From contig OX597828.1 in the NCBI GenBank assembly GCA_951406725.2, forward strand, positions 9,114,001 through 9,178,000: a stretch of 64,000 nt of DNA. The letters run 5' to 3'. A model generated the notes under the pieces. It saw only the letters and a list, made by a program, of their open reading frames with translations, was not told the DNA's origin and did not search any database. Source of the DNA: Octopus vulgaris (lineage: Eukaryota). This document shows positions 26,199 through 38,809 of this stretch, in pieces (the first letter of the stretch is position 1; each line of letters opens with the position of its first letter). Made by a program: the position numbers and the translations under genes.

Positions 26199-26759
26199 TA
26201 AGTTTATAAAATATCAGCTGAAACAAACAACACACCGGGCAAAATTATCGCAATTACCACCACAACAACCAACACCACTACCACCTCCAGCGCCGCCGCT
26301 GCCACCTCCAAGACTCAGAAATAAAAAGAAACCGCGTCTTGTACTGTGGTCGTTATTTTAAACCTAATATTGTTTTCCCAACAAGATGACACTCTCTTCA
26401 TTTAATGCAATATCTATCGTATGTGTGCTTCAGTGTATGTAATTTTGTGTATGTGTATGTATGGGAGAAAGAGAGAGGAAGTCAGATAGACAGAGAGAGA
26501 GAGAGAGAGAGTGTGAAAGAAAGTGAGTGAGAGAGAGAAAGTGTGTGAGTGCGAGAGAGAGAGAGTGAGAGAGAGAGAGATGCTTCGGACATTAGAAACA
26601 TGCAGTTTAACTACACAAAATTACATTTTCCATTTATGCCAGATATTATTCAACTAAGTGGGGAAACAGTGTCCCCAAAAGAAGTTCCCTAAACTCCACA
26701 TGGAGATTATTGAATTTAGGAAACAAATGTGACTCTTTTCGTACTAAAACAAACTTGTG

Positions 26760-27270
26760 TTAATTACATTACACCTTGAACAGCCTTACTAGACAACGTA
26801 AAATTGAAATCCTTGTTCGATATGCTCAAACTAGGATAAAAAAACATATCATAATACTAAAATCGGTAGTGTGCAAAACGGTGAATGATATAAATTTGTC
26901 GGTTCATGCGTGTTTCGCTAGACTCAATAACCAAACTTCTATCTTCCCAAAAGGAATATATTTTCGCTACTTGAATCTTACCATTGTAAAATTTTATATA
27001 GAGTAAGTCGAACGGATTTGGTTTGCAAGGTTAATACGCTTTTTGAAAATATTTTGTCATGGACACAAACATGAAAATAATGGTTGTGTTTGGAATATTT
27101 TTGAACAGACTAAACGAATTGTGACTTATTTAGCCTTAGATTGGGGCAAGTATAGCATATTACAAAATAAAACAGATAACGATGCAAATTCAGTTATCGA
27201 GTACAACGCTAGATATATTTTTGAGAGTTACGTGAAATGGAACCGCTGAAACTGTTGACACGAGAAACTA
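26760..27270 (+). mobile_element. Old hAT-Charlie-like transposase fragment
   Basis: LNSLTRQRKIEIL..TVNDINLSVHACFAR..IFC..NIFEQ..LDWGK..TDNDA..YVK parallels SLSxxTVxRRI..DESTD..FVR..LFC..IF..LDW..TDGA..VK. Confidence 0.5.
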
Positions 27271-29079
27271 AAAAAAATATTGAGTTTGTACAAGATAGGG
27301 GGAAAAAATATATTGAGTATTAGCGCAGATGTCATTGTAATATTCAATTGCTGTTTTAATGTAATTGGAAATTTATTGAACGGAAAACCTACATAGATAA
27401 AGAAAAAAAAAGTAGGAATATATCATTTATTTTATTTATTCAAGACTTTAAGTCTGATAATATCAGATTATATATGTCAGATATTCAAAGTTTGAGGGCA
27501 ATATTCCAACTAGAGAACCGCTATAAAATAATTTCATTAGGCGTGTTAATATGATAAATATGATAACAAGAATTATACACACATTTCACTTGTACTGTAT
27601 GTTTATATGTAAAAGCTACACGGTCCTTTCAGACAATTTAACTAAAATATTTCATCTAAGTTACATCTGAAATATTCTCTGGAGGCTGCAACATCTAGCA
27701 TTATGTTTAAATAATTCTAATGACCTTTATAGTTGTCTCAGGATAACACCTAACGCCTATATGTGTCCGTGTCATAGTTTTTGCAAAGCTGAAAAAGAAT
27801 GGCTAAGTATACGCAGAGGGTTCTCTAACCCACAAAATAACAATGTTCTCAATATCAATCTACATTGTGTCTATGCTAGGTGCCATTAGATAACAGTCAA
27901 TATTGTACTATTTCTGCTTTAAAATATCAATAGGTAAAAAGCATACAAAGTGCATTTGGATGTAAAGAAATATACGCTTGAAACGAAATATATTCAGCAT
28001 CTATTTGCGCAAGAACATATCATCCTGTATTCATACAATAACATTTCTTCGTGCATTCATCAGTACACGATGTGGCGTAAATGCAAGAATACATACATAT
28101 ATACACAAACACACACACACACGTACTTATGTAATGTAATATTAATGTATATGAAGTAGTAAATTAATAACCAGTCACTCCTTCTAAGCTTACAGTCCTT
28201 ACAAGTAAGATAATCAATTATTCAGACATGTTGACACAGACAGAGACTCACACACACGCACACCCAACATACAGATACATGCATACAATTGTGCTTGAGT
28301 GTGGCTTCGTGATTACACACCCACAACGACTTACACATACGAAGCAACATATAAATATATATATGTATATGCATGTTCTGTTTATACATAAACCTATACT
28401 AGTGTATGCATACATGTTGATGTATATCTGTACACACACACACACATACATATATGTCCGTACATGCACGTATGTATATATATACATATATATATTGTGT
28501 GTGTGTGCCCACGTGTACTTTTGTTCTTTTGTTGGATGTCCTAGTGTATGTGTCTATGTATAAATGAACGTATATTTCTGTGTGCATGTATTTATGCTCA
28601 AAGTTATGAGCACATATGAAATGTAATACTAAATAATGCATGCTGCCGTCTTTGAATATATTTACAATGTATATTATGTGCAAGCGATGTACAATAAGAT
28701 GCAAGCTGAAAGAGAGTGATATTTATATTGGGAAGGGGAAGGAAATGGAGAATAAAGTGAAACGGGAGTAAATAAAAGGAATTGAAAGCAAATACAATAA
28801 AAATTATGAAATATTTTACCATGTACAACTACGTTTTCTGACTCAAAAGGACAGCATACAAATCTATGAATGTATGAATGTAGGTATATATGTATCATGT
28901 ATTATCTGTCTTTCTATCTATGTATCCATCAATCTGTGTTTGTCTGTCTCTTTCCCCCCTTTCTCTCTCACTCTGTCTCTTTCTCTCTCTTTATTTTTTT
29001 CGATCTGTCTATCTGGCTATCTTTATGTATGTCAGTTTGTTTGCATCTGATACTCTCACTACACACATATATAAGTGTA

Positions 29080-29250
29080 GCACGTTCTGAGTTCAAATTC
29101 CGCAGAGGTCGACTTTGCCTTTCATCCTTTCGGGGTCGATAAATAAAGTACCAGTTTCGCACTGGGGTAGATGTAATCGACTGAATCCCTTTGTCTGTCC
29201 TTATTTGTCCCCTCTATGTTTAGCCCCTTGTGGGCAATAAAGAAATATAT
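29080..29250 (+). mobile_element. SINE family C, headless terminal unit
   Basis: acgttctgagttcaaattccg..gtgggcaataaagaaat. Confidence 0.85.
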
Positions 29251-29295
29251 GTAGCATATATATGTGTGTGTAAGCCCGCGTGTATGTGTGTGTAC

Positions 29296-29337
<42 letters not shown>

Positions 29338-29609
29338 ATGTATATTTAAGGTGTCAACTGTCCACAATTAGTGAAATAAAATAAAATATTTTTTTCAAAT
29401 TTCAATAACACTTCGGAGGTTACGAACAGTTTTGAAAGTTACGCTGTTTTCTGTAAACGTTCTAATACCTCATTTGTTAACCATTCTTGCAATCCACTTT
29501 GCGTACCCCGGTAACTGTGGTACACATCAACAACTCTGTGACCATCAGTTTCTTCGATTCTGTTATTCTGTTACTTGTTTCAGTAATCTCACTGTGGCAC
29601 TGACTTAAA

Positions 29610-29859
29610 CGGTTTTTAGTTATAGAAACTGACCGCAAAACTTATTCTTTGTAAACCTAGTACTTATTCTATCGATCTGTTTTGCCGAACCACTACGTTA
29701 CGGAACGTAAAACTACCAAAATCGGTTGTCAAGTGAGGGTTGGTGGGGAATGCGGGTGGAGGCAAACCCCACTGTAAGAGACACACATAAATATATACAT
29801 CCATCTATCCATATATACATATATACATATATATATATACACATATATGTATATATGCG

Positions 29860-29901
<42 letters not shown>

Positions 29902-29984
29902 TTATTTCAGGGAATATTAATCCAAACTTACAGGGGAAAAATTAAATTTTGAAAAACTAAATCAAATTTCACACAAAATAATAT

Positions 29985-30029
<45 letters not shown>

Positions 30030-30695
30030 GAAAAAAAAACCCACCTTTTATCGATTCAAAATGAACAATTAAATTGCTCCATCTAGAAAATTACATATAA
30101 TAGAAATATTAAAATTAAAATAACAATAAAATACCAATGATTACGTAAATTTAAAAAGAAATTATAATAAAAACGTATATAATTGTTATTCTACCAATTA
30201 TATACATTTTTATTATTTTTTTTTTGCAATTTACTTAATCATTGGTATTTCATTGTTATTTTAATTTTAATATTTCTATTATACGTAATTTTCTAGATGG
30301 TGTAATTTAATTGTTCATTTTGAATAGATAAAATATGTTTTTTCTAATTATATATATATATATACTAACTCCTCCGACATCGTCCAATCATTTTAATGAT
30401 TTGTGGCACATAGGTAGATCGCATGCCCTGAAGTTCAAATAAAGTCGGAATTTTTCGAAAACTCGATAATACCTAGTTGGCAGCGATTTTTGTGAGCTCA
30501 ATCGAGCATTTGAAGGGAAATTCCCATGACGATGCTATTTTATCTGCAGCATTTGAATTTATTCACGTTTAAAATTTCCACAAAGTCGATAGAATAGTCT
30601 CTAAGGAAATGCTTATTCAATACATACATACATACGACGGGCTGAACCCAGCACTGAACTCACAACCATGTAGCTTGGAATCAAACTTCTTAAGT
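29610..30695 (-). mobile_element. SINE family A, fragmented, with a foldback insertion in its internal (TA)n
   Basis: Tail remnant ~29610-29790 (cttattctttgtaaacctagtacttattctatcg); head remnant ~30630-30695 (tacgacgggct..actgaactcacaaccatg). Confidence 0.65.
30025..30349. repeat. ~325-bp imperfect AT-rich foldback flanked by (TA)n
   Basis: attcaaaatgaacaattaaatt..ccatctagaaaattac mirrored by gtaattttctagatgg..aatttaattgttcattttgaat; 9-nt loop at 30186-30194. Confidence 0.9.
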
Positions 30696-30946
30696 GGCGT
30701 TTCCGTTATTGGCGTAATTGTTTTGATGATGAGGATTCTGGACGTTAATAACGGCGATCATATTGATGATAAGGAAGATGAAGATAATGATGATCAAGAT
30801 CATGATCGTAACCATAATCCACATGATAACCAATGTCCATGAGAAGCAGTGACAGCAGCAGTACCCGCTCCCAAAGCAGTACTAGCAGCAGTATTAACGT
30901 TATTCATATTTATTAAATTTTATTTTAGGGAGATATCTGTATGTGT

Positions 30947-31355
30947 TCAGCAATGGATTTCATTTTTCGCTGGATTACTGCATGATACACCATTTTCTTG
31001 TATTCCAGTTTTACTAAAATCAAGAGCCGTTGAACAGTTGTACTTGGTATAAGAAACGTTTGTCGTTTGAGATTTATAACTGATTACACATTTTTCACAA
31101 ATGGCATTTCCAACGTCTACACAAAACCCGTTTTTAGGTAGGAGAGGGAGATATGTGATGTTAGGATATGCGTCACAATGGTAGTAGCGCAGAGACCTCA
31201 ACAACGTGAAATTTCTCCGAATTTGTTTTATCTGCAACCCACCTGGATTAAAATAAATGAGTCAATAACATAAACAAACATATAAAGAGAATATTTCAAG
31301 TTCAATCACTTGTACAGCAGGAAACTGAAAGAAACATCAAAATTATGAATATCAT
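30947..31355 (-). pseudogene. Two-exon gene or pseudogene for a small secreted Cys-rich protein (Ly6/uPAR three-finger-like). Exon 1 31355-31310, intron 31309-31243, exon 2 31242-30947
   Basis: Spliced product MIFIILMFLSVSCCTSGLQIKQIRRNFTLLRSLRYYHCDAYPNITYLPLLPKNGFCVDVGNAICEKCVISYKSQTTNVSYTKYNCSTALDFSKTGIQENGVSCSNPAKNEIHC*. Hydrophobic signal-like N-terminus; 67-nt phase-1 GT..CAG intron with TTGAC branch-like motif; four NxS/T sites; 7 mature Cys. Three more expected Cys positions are each one base from TGC (TAC, TGA, TCC). AATAAA twice downstream at ~30924-30909. Confidence 0.6.
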
Positions 31356-31739
31356 TAAATTTCAAGAATAGCTTGATAGCACGTTGCTTCAATGTCTGTG
31401 CAAGACAACGGGGGTGTGCTTTTAATCCTAAGCACTTCGTATTTCTCTCTATTGTGCAGGAGTTGTCCCAGTTAAGAGATTTTATGCCCCTTTTCGACCT
31501 CCACCTAACACAGCTTGACTGTATCGCTGGATCAAAAGGAAGAAGGAAAGCAACGGTGTCTGTATATACCACTGTCTACATAGGCATCAAAAACAATCAG
31601 AGAAAGCATGTCTGTTAAGCCACACTCTCTTTTCAGTGCCATCTATTTATTTTTTCTACATAATCGAGACAATTGTAGATCAAAGAAGTGGGCGGGATTT
31701 ATATACGCTCAAGATACAGAAAAAGTTGAAGTATCTTAC

Positions 31740-32215
31740 AAAAACGGTGGAACGTTCTCGGCGTCATAATAGCCTGCGCAAAAGCAACTCATTAAAATGA
31801 TGATCAAATGTTTTGAACGAGTGCAATGTCATTTCAGAATCGAGTTGAAGCAATGCATGTTGCACTAATGTCAAAGACTCGAAACCTTCAACTTGGCCGT
31901 GTATCCTCTACATTTACATTTTGTAGCAATGACGTAGTTTACGGGAAAATTTTGAGCACCACCAAATATATTTGGACGCTTCTCTCTCGGTAGTTAACGA
32001 AGCATTTGAAGAAGCATGTGCCCAACTTTTAGTACTGAAATTTATTTTCGATTTCAGGCAGTTCCTAGAGACAAGGAAGAACTATAAATCTATCCTGTGC
32101 GAAAATTCATGTCGACACAGTTCAGAACTATTGAAGGCAGTAATTCAGTGCCTGTGCTTTGAAGAGTTGTAGTTTTGTGGAACTGCTGATTTTGCATGTT
32201 CCATGGAAGCTACTT
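31740..32215 (-). mobile_element. Old RTE-type LINE RT C-terminal fragment
   Basis: KISSSTKLQLFKA (IxxxTKLKVYxA), RNCLKS..SW..N, EDTRP (DxRLPK). Confidence 0.45.
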
Positions 32216-32787
32216 TCGACTCAGTCTAACATTCCTGACTTCCTTTGGTTAATGAGAACAGGTAAGATTCAATCATCTGATGGCTAGGGAGAGAAAACTC
32301 TCAAAATAGATATGAATTTGGAACTAACGGTTATGGTTGAAAGGGAGAGAAAATGCTGATATGAATGATGTAGAGGTATACATGCTTAGAACCACCAGTT
32401 CACATTTTTCCGATGAAAATTAAAAAAGTAAAAACTAAAATTGCCAAAATATGAATACCCCAGCATGATCTTATCCATTATGTCCATATCACCCTCCTTC
32501 TTCTCCAGCCGCGTTACTGCTATTCGGATAATAGCAGTATGTATTCTCTTAATATTTTTTTATCGTATCCAACTGATGTTAAACGTCATTAAAAATTCTT
32601 TGGGAACTATACATAAATATAGTAGGAGGCACCGTCCAATTTGTGCGCATTATCAATGGTAAATGTCACCAGGAACCAAATAGCAATTGTCTATATTTAT
32701 GATATTTTTAACATTGCACCGTGTGCTCTGATGTGAGCCTCGGAAGATTGTTCTGCTACGCTAGTCATTGCGCTTTAGTAGAATCCA

Positions 32788-33129
32788 GTGAAGGCGCATG
32801 GCTCAGTGGTCAGAGCGTCGAGCTTACGATCGTGAGGTTGTGAGCTCGAATCCCGGACCGGGCTGTGTGTTGTGTTCTTGAGCAAAACACTTTATTTCAC
32901 GTTGCTCCAGTTCACTCGACTGTAGAAATGAGTTGCGACATCATAGGTGCCAAGCTGTATATAGGCCCTGGCGTTTCCCTTGGATAACACTGGTGGCGTG
33001 GAGAGGGGTGGACGGTATGCATGGGCGACTGCCGGTCTTCCATAACAACCTTGCCCGGACTTGTGCCTGGGAGGGTAACTTTCTAAGTGCAATCCCATTG
33101 TCAGTGTCGTGACCGAAGGGAGTCTTATG
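32788..33129 (+). mobile_element. SINE family D, full length with 11-bp TSD
   Basis: A box tggctcagtggt, B box gctcgaatccc, CORE-like cttgagcaaaacacttta; TSD agtagaatcca at 32777-32787 and 33130-33140. Confidence 0.9.
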
Positions 33130-34749
33130 AGTAGAATCCATGGATCAATGACTAGACCAACTCTGCAACAAAAATCATAAATTAATGTTTGCTATAGCAT
33201 TTTCAATAGGGCAAATAAATAAGTGTCACTTTCAAAGTTAAACAACCAAGTAGGACACGTCTTACGTAGAATTATTATTATTGCAGTTGTTGTTGTTTTA
33301 TATAATAATAATAATAATAATAATAACAATAATAATAATAATAATAATAATAATATCGATACAATATAACAACAACAATAATACGATTTTCTGCTGAATA
33401 AGCAAGAAATTAGGACTGGGAATTTTATCTTGGTTTAAGAAATTGACACCTATGTTTCACTATCGCTGAAGGAACACACCAATGGAACCTGATTACTGAA
33501 CTTGTTCAAGTCAACAAACCACGCATTGCAATAAACAACATACAGGATATAAAAGAGAAAGAAGAATAACAAATGAAATTAAGAAAGAAACGAAATAAAA
33601 ACAGAATGCAATCGTAGGAAGAAAAGGACAAACGCAATGGTGATCCAGATAGATGGTAAATATGATTAATTTCACAGAGCTTCATGGCAATCGAATTTAC
33701 AAACATAAAACAGCAATTGAAAGCCTGTTCCTTTTCATATGTTACCAGGCTTTCAGACGAATTCTGTATGTCTCCTATCTGATCCGTCAAATGAATAACA
33801 GGTTTTCGCTATACATTCATAAGTTTGTTATTGTCTTATCGATTCATTATAAGCTTACCTTTACCGAATATTTCTTTTTTGTAGGAGAACCGCAATACAA
33901 TTCATTATGCTGGAAGCTGGCTACATCATTGGCCCTTAGGAGATCTTAAGAGAAAACAAACAAAAATTCTGGTCGTTGGACGAAGATCTGGCGATGTTTT
34001 ATTTTAGCTTCAGTTCCATTATTATATAAAACTTTTTCGCTGATGTTCCTTTTCTGTTTCATGTAGTGTTACCCAATTTAAATTTATTCTTTAACCCAGT
34101 TCTTTGTTGTTGTTTTTTTTCTTGCTCTTGTGTGTTTAGCTTACAGTCCTATTTCTATTATATCATTACACCGCTCTTTTTTTCTCTGCAGTCGTGTAAT
34201 TTACCTTTATTTCTTCCTTCATCTGACAAGTCTCTTTATAAATAAGGGCGAATAGAAGGGGAAATAAAACAAAACTAAACCAATGTTATGAATGAAAATC
34301 GAAATAACAAAGGCAAAAAAGGTACTTGTGCAACAGTAAAGATTCTATTTGAATTTACAACTATTTTTAGAATGGATATCGTTTTTTTTTTACATTCTGG
34401 TTTTTTGAAGCTTCTTTTCTTTCTTCCCAGCAACTTTTTCAATGAGATTGAAATAAGAAATAAAACAGAAAATAGAGTTATGTTTTGTATATCTCGGTTA
34501 AGGATCGAAGAAAACAGAGGCAAGTATAATTACCCAACATAGTTTATCTCCATAATGTAATTGAATTGCTGTACTCCCAATTGTTAACGTCAATGTCAGT
34601 AACCGTCTACAATGCATGGATGGCTCTATTTTTTTCTTCCTTTATTACTAGCATTGAAATAATTTTCATCATTGTAGCGTCAACACCTTATTGTCAATGC
34701 TATTGCTGTTGTATTTAATTATTGTTTTTGTCATCGTTGTGTTAACTGC

Positions 34750-35380
34750 TGTCGTTGGAGTGGATGTAAGACATTTGGAGAGATGATGCCTACACGACAG
34801 AATTGTTGGGACTGAACTATATGTAATTCTTCGGCGAATACACCTGGGAGGGGGCAGCTTTTCATAATGGTGGTAATTGTTATTCTATACGTTTTCTTTC
34901 ATTGGATCTAAGGTTGTAGTCTGGCACCAACATCGTTCAAATGCCATAAACAGTGATGGTAGTGCGTATGCCTCAGAAACCATAGTAACATCAAGGAGGG
35001 CTAACTGGGAACCCCACATGTAAAACCCACGAGTAGGTTTTTAAGGCAGTTCTCATATGAACGTCAACAAGTTATGCAAGTTTAACCACCTGTCTACCAG
35101 CCGTACCCGGTTGATACGTAGACCCTCTCTTTTCTTCTCCAAACGCTTTCCGGTTACAATGGCTGGTTTAGGAGTGGATTCTATAAATGATTGAGACATG
35201 GGGTCATCCAGGAAGCAAGTCGCCTTTTCGGGTCAGCAGCTATGAATGTTACAGCCATCAGCGAAACCAGGGCTTTCGACTAACACGATCTAGCCCTTAG
35301 TATTTGATGAATTTGAGGTCTATACATCTATTAGTCTGCCTAGGGTGTAGACACATCGCTGTTTGGCTCAGCGACCTATA
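34750..35380 (+). mobile_element. Possible LINE 5' region with start of an APE endonuclease
   Basis: GC-richer island; MNVTAISETR (~35242-35272) resembles the APE motif IDIAALSETR. Confidence 0.35.
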
Positions 35381-36422
35381 CAAATAAAGAGTAATTATGT
35401 TACTCTGCATAACGTGTCCACAAACCTCGTTTCGAAAATATGTGTAATTTGAGTATTAATGATGAGAACATTAGCACACAGCAATGATAAAATAAACACC
35501 ATCGTGTGTTTATCGGAAAACATTCGAATATTTTCTTCTTGTAATTTCGACGTTTGATCAGAGCTAACATGAAGCTCAACAACAAAGGCAGAACGTTAAC
35601 ACCGGCAATAGGTTTACTTAATCTTAAGATAGCTAGAAATATATACAGGTTCTTTCATCCAAATCTTTTGAATACGTCCCAGACATTCGATCATGCAGCC
35701 AGTGGAATCTTCATATCTGTGATATATCAAGAATTGAAAATTAACTATGGGACAAATTTTTGCTCTAAATATATTAAGTGAAACTATTATTGAATCCATT
35801 CTAAGAAAATGTATTGCAATTTCTTATTCATGGAATCCAAGAGTTTTAAAGCAAAGTGTGATAGTATTTACACTTGACAAACAATGGATTGTTAGCAAAA
35901 AAATATGGACTTTATTGAAATGCAAAATCAGCAACGATAGGATTTGAACTGATATTGAAAGTATAAATAGAAAGCCAATAATTCTGACATTTAGTGACCT
36001 GGGTAAAAGCTAAACTTCGTTCTAAGGCAGTTTTAGGCAATCTGTGGCGCACAAGATTACTATAATTCTTCGTCTAACAAAAAATTGCCTTGAAGTGTTT
36101 AGTACAGGGACACGCTTGATAATGAGCAACGTTCCATGAAACCGCTTCCCGATAGAGGTTCTGAATGCTTTTTGCAATATTTTGATTAATCGTGGAGTAG
36201 ATACCTTATTTCAGAAAGGTCGTTTTGGTGTTAAGACTTAGCTAAGTGTTGATCATACAAATCTATGATATTTAAGCGCATTCTAGCAGTGTCATAGAGT
36301 GAATTTCCTATATGTGTGAAACTGGATTGTGGATGAATGAGAAGACTTACTCTACCACGAGTATAGGCTGAAAATTTCGTAGGTTGACCATGATACTCTC
36401 ATGGAATGCAAACCGATGAGGT

Positions 36423-37480
36423 TTATTTTTTAGCATAGTCAACTCTTGAGGTCCACTACTTAAGTCTGTGTTTCAGTACTTGAATCCCATTGCTGTAGTG
36501 ATTATAATCTTGTTGGTCAAACAAATTTATCATCAGCAGTTGTGATGTCATCATCAGTGCGATACTGGTTCTCAGTCAAATGTTTTTCATGTTGGGGAAC
36601 AGAAGATAGTCAGATGGGCCATATCATGAGAATAGGGAGGATGGTGATCAACTATTTCAAAGCCACAATCATGCACGGCAGCCACTGACACGAAGGGCTT
36701 GTGTCAGAAGCATTAACCTGGTGAAAAGAAAACAACCTTTTGTCAGTTTTCATGGGCGTTTCGAGTTGAAATCCTATCGAATCTCCCGAAGCAAGTTGGC
36801 ACAGTAACGCTCCATTCAAGGCGTGGAATTTTTGAAGGTAGTTAATAAGTACCATACCTTTTTGCATCCGAAAAAAAAAACTAAGGCCATCTCCTTCCTT
36901 GCAGATGAAACCACCTTGACCTACTTTGGATCATACCAGGAAGAGTGTTTACACTCCATTGATTGTCTCTTTGACTCTAGTTCAAATTCATGAACTAACC
37001 ATTCAAAGCGGTTTAGGACACGTTCAAGGAAACCATATGGAACAGTATGAAAACATATCAGATTCTCCGTGATGTGATGAACCTGGTTCGCTTTGAACAG
37101 ATGACAGATGACCCATCGAGCGGAAACTTTCTTCCTAACAAGTTCATTGTGGTGAACACTTTTTCGGGATATACTAATAGCCTTAGCTACTTGATTTATT
37201 GTCAAATGCATGTAATCCATCGGTAGGTGCAGAACGCAATCAATGTTTCCTCCGGAAGTAGTAGTCGTAGGACTTTCAAACAGTGAGTCATGTTCAAGAC
37301 GCACATTTTCCCTCATAAATTCAGCTCCCAACTTTTGCACTGTTGATACAGCTTCAGCGACATCCCCTAATGTAACAACCATGTCAGCATGAATGTCACC
37401 GTGGGCTCCCCCTTTTTTTTATTTTTAGTTTGTTTCTTTTTGCAGTAGTTGATAAGTACAAGATGCCAAATTTTCTCCAT
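36423..37480 (-). pseudogene. Mariner transposase pseudogene (stops and frameshifts)
   Basis: MEKIWH.., STVQKLGAEF, KKVSARWV (WVPR motif), KRQSMECKH, KGMVLINYLQK, FHQVNA (HQDNA), HPPYSHDMAHLTIFC (YSPDLAP), ending DYAKK*. Confidence 0.9.
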
Positions 37481-37554
37481 TTTCAAAAGCAAACTCCAAT
37501 GATTAGGCTTGAAATATTCTTTGAACAGTCAAATGTCAGTGTGACAGAAAAGAA

Positions 37555-37797
37555 ACTCTTTACTCTTACTCTTTTACTCTTTTAGTTGTTTCAGTCATTT
37601 GACTGCGGCCATGCTGAAGCACCGCCTTTAGTCGAACAAATCGACCCTGGGACTTATTCTTTGTAAGCTCAGTACTTATTCTATCGGTCTCTTTTGCCGA
37701 ACCGCTAAGTGACGGTGAGGTAAACACACCAGCATCGGTTGTCAAGCAATGCTAGGGGGACAAATGCAGACACACAAACACACACACACACACACAC

Positions 37798-37800
<3 letters not shown>
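37555..37800 (-). mobile_element. SINE family A 3' half, nested in the mariner
   Basis: Close reverse complement of 12000-12200. Confidence 0.85.
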
Positions 37801-37865
<65 letters not shown>

Positions 37866-38249
37866 GATGCAGATTTTAATAAACAGAGTTGACATTCATG
37901 CAAGGAAGGTTTCCTCATTCCGTCATAGTCAGCGCACGAAATATTCAGCCCGATGTCGTAAAGTAAACTAAACTTTCAAAGAGTTTAGCTGGAACATCTA
38001 ACGAGTCAAACATCCAGGTTGAGGAGTGCAAGTGAGTGAAAGGCTACCGTGACTAGTGTGAGATTTCAACATGTATGTGGGAAGTAACCGCACACATACA
38101 TACGCACATATATATATACAAACACACACACACAGAAACACTTACGTGCACACACACACACATACACTTAAAAGTACATATATATGTGTACATATATGTG
38201 GTCTCTATATCCCTTACACACACACATATATATTCTTTCGACTATTGGC

Positions 38250-38415
38250 ACAGGGCCTTATATCGACTGTAGTACTCAACGGATACTTATTTTTTCATAC
38301 CGAAAAGGATGAAAAGCAAATTCGATATCGGCGGAATTTGAACTCAGAACGTAAGTGCGGAAGAAATACCGCTAAGCAATTTTGTACGGACTAACGATTC
38401 TGCCTGCTCCCCACC
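38250..38415 (-). mobile_element. SINE family C, older copy (similar decayed copies at ~4340-4560, 5810-5980, 24540-24690, 44590-44750, 45100-45270)
   Basis: ccgaaaaggatgaaaagcaaa..ggcggaatttgaactcagaacgtaa..ctaacgattctgcc. Confidence 0.75.
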
Positions 38416-38715
38416 ACTGTCCTATATGGTTGCTCCCACATATATATTTGCATATATTTACATGTATCTATATAAATACCCACCCGCACTCTCATACATA
38501 GACACAAGCAGACAGATGTGAGAGTTTGTGCGAGTGCATGTGTGTGATAGTATTACGCAAGTAAATAGGTATGTGAGGGGAAAGGCGTGCGTATTTGAAA
38601 CATATATCCTTTGGCATAAATTTTCGCATTCAAGTTATAGGTACTTAAATGATTTTCATTATTTATGAATGGTTCTCAAATTTACAATTTACTCCCTCTC
38701 TTTCGTCGTTGGTGC

Positions 38716-38750
<35 letters not shown>

Positions 38751-38765
38751 ACTATATATATAACT

Positions 38766-38809
<44 letters not shown>

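Larger units (their letters stand above)
36356..37960 (-). mobile_element. Mariner DNA transposon, degenerate, both TIRs recognisable, SINE nested inside
   Basis: TIR-like ends cacgagtataggctgaaaatttcgtaggttgac (36356-36388) and gtcagcgcacgaaatattcagcccgatgtcgta (~37928-37960) are imperfect reverse complements and enclose a transposase remnant. Confidence 0.85.

Noticed and set aside
30947-30949. TGA as selenocysteine in the Cys-rich gene
   Set aside because: No SECIS identifiable downstream, and two other Cys positions are also altered.
31690-31710. TATATAAAT and GC-box as promoter of the Cys-rich gene
   Set aside because: Plausible position (~345 bp upstream of the ATG), but TATA-like words are ubiquitous here.
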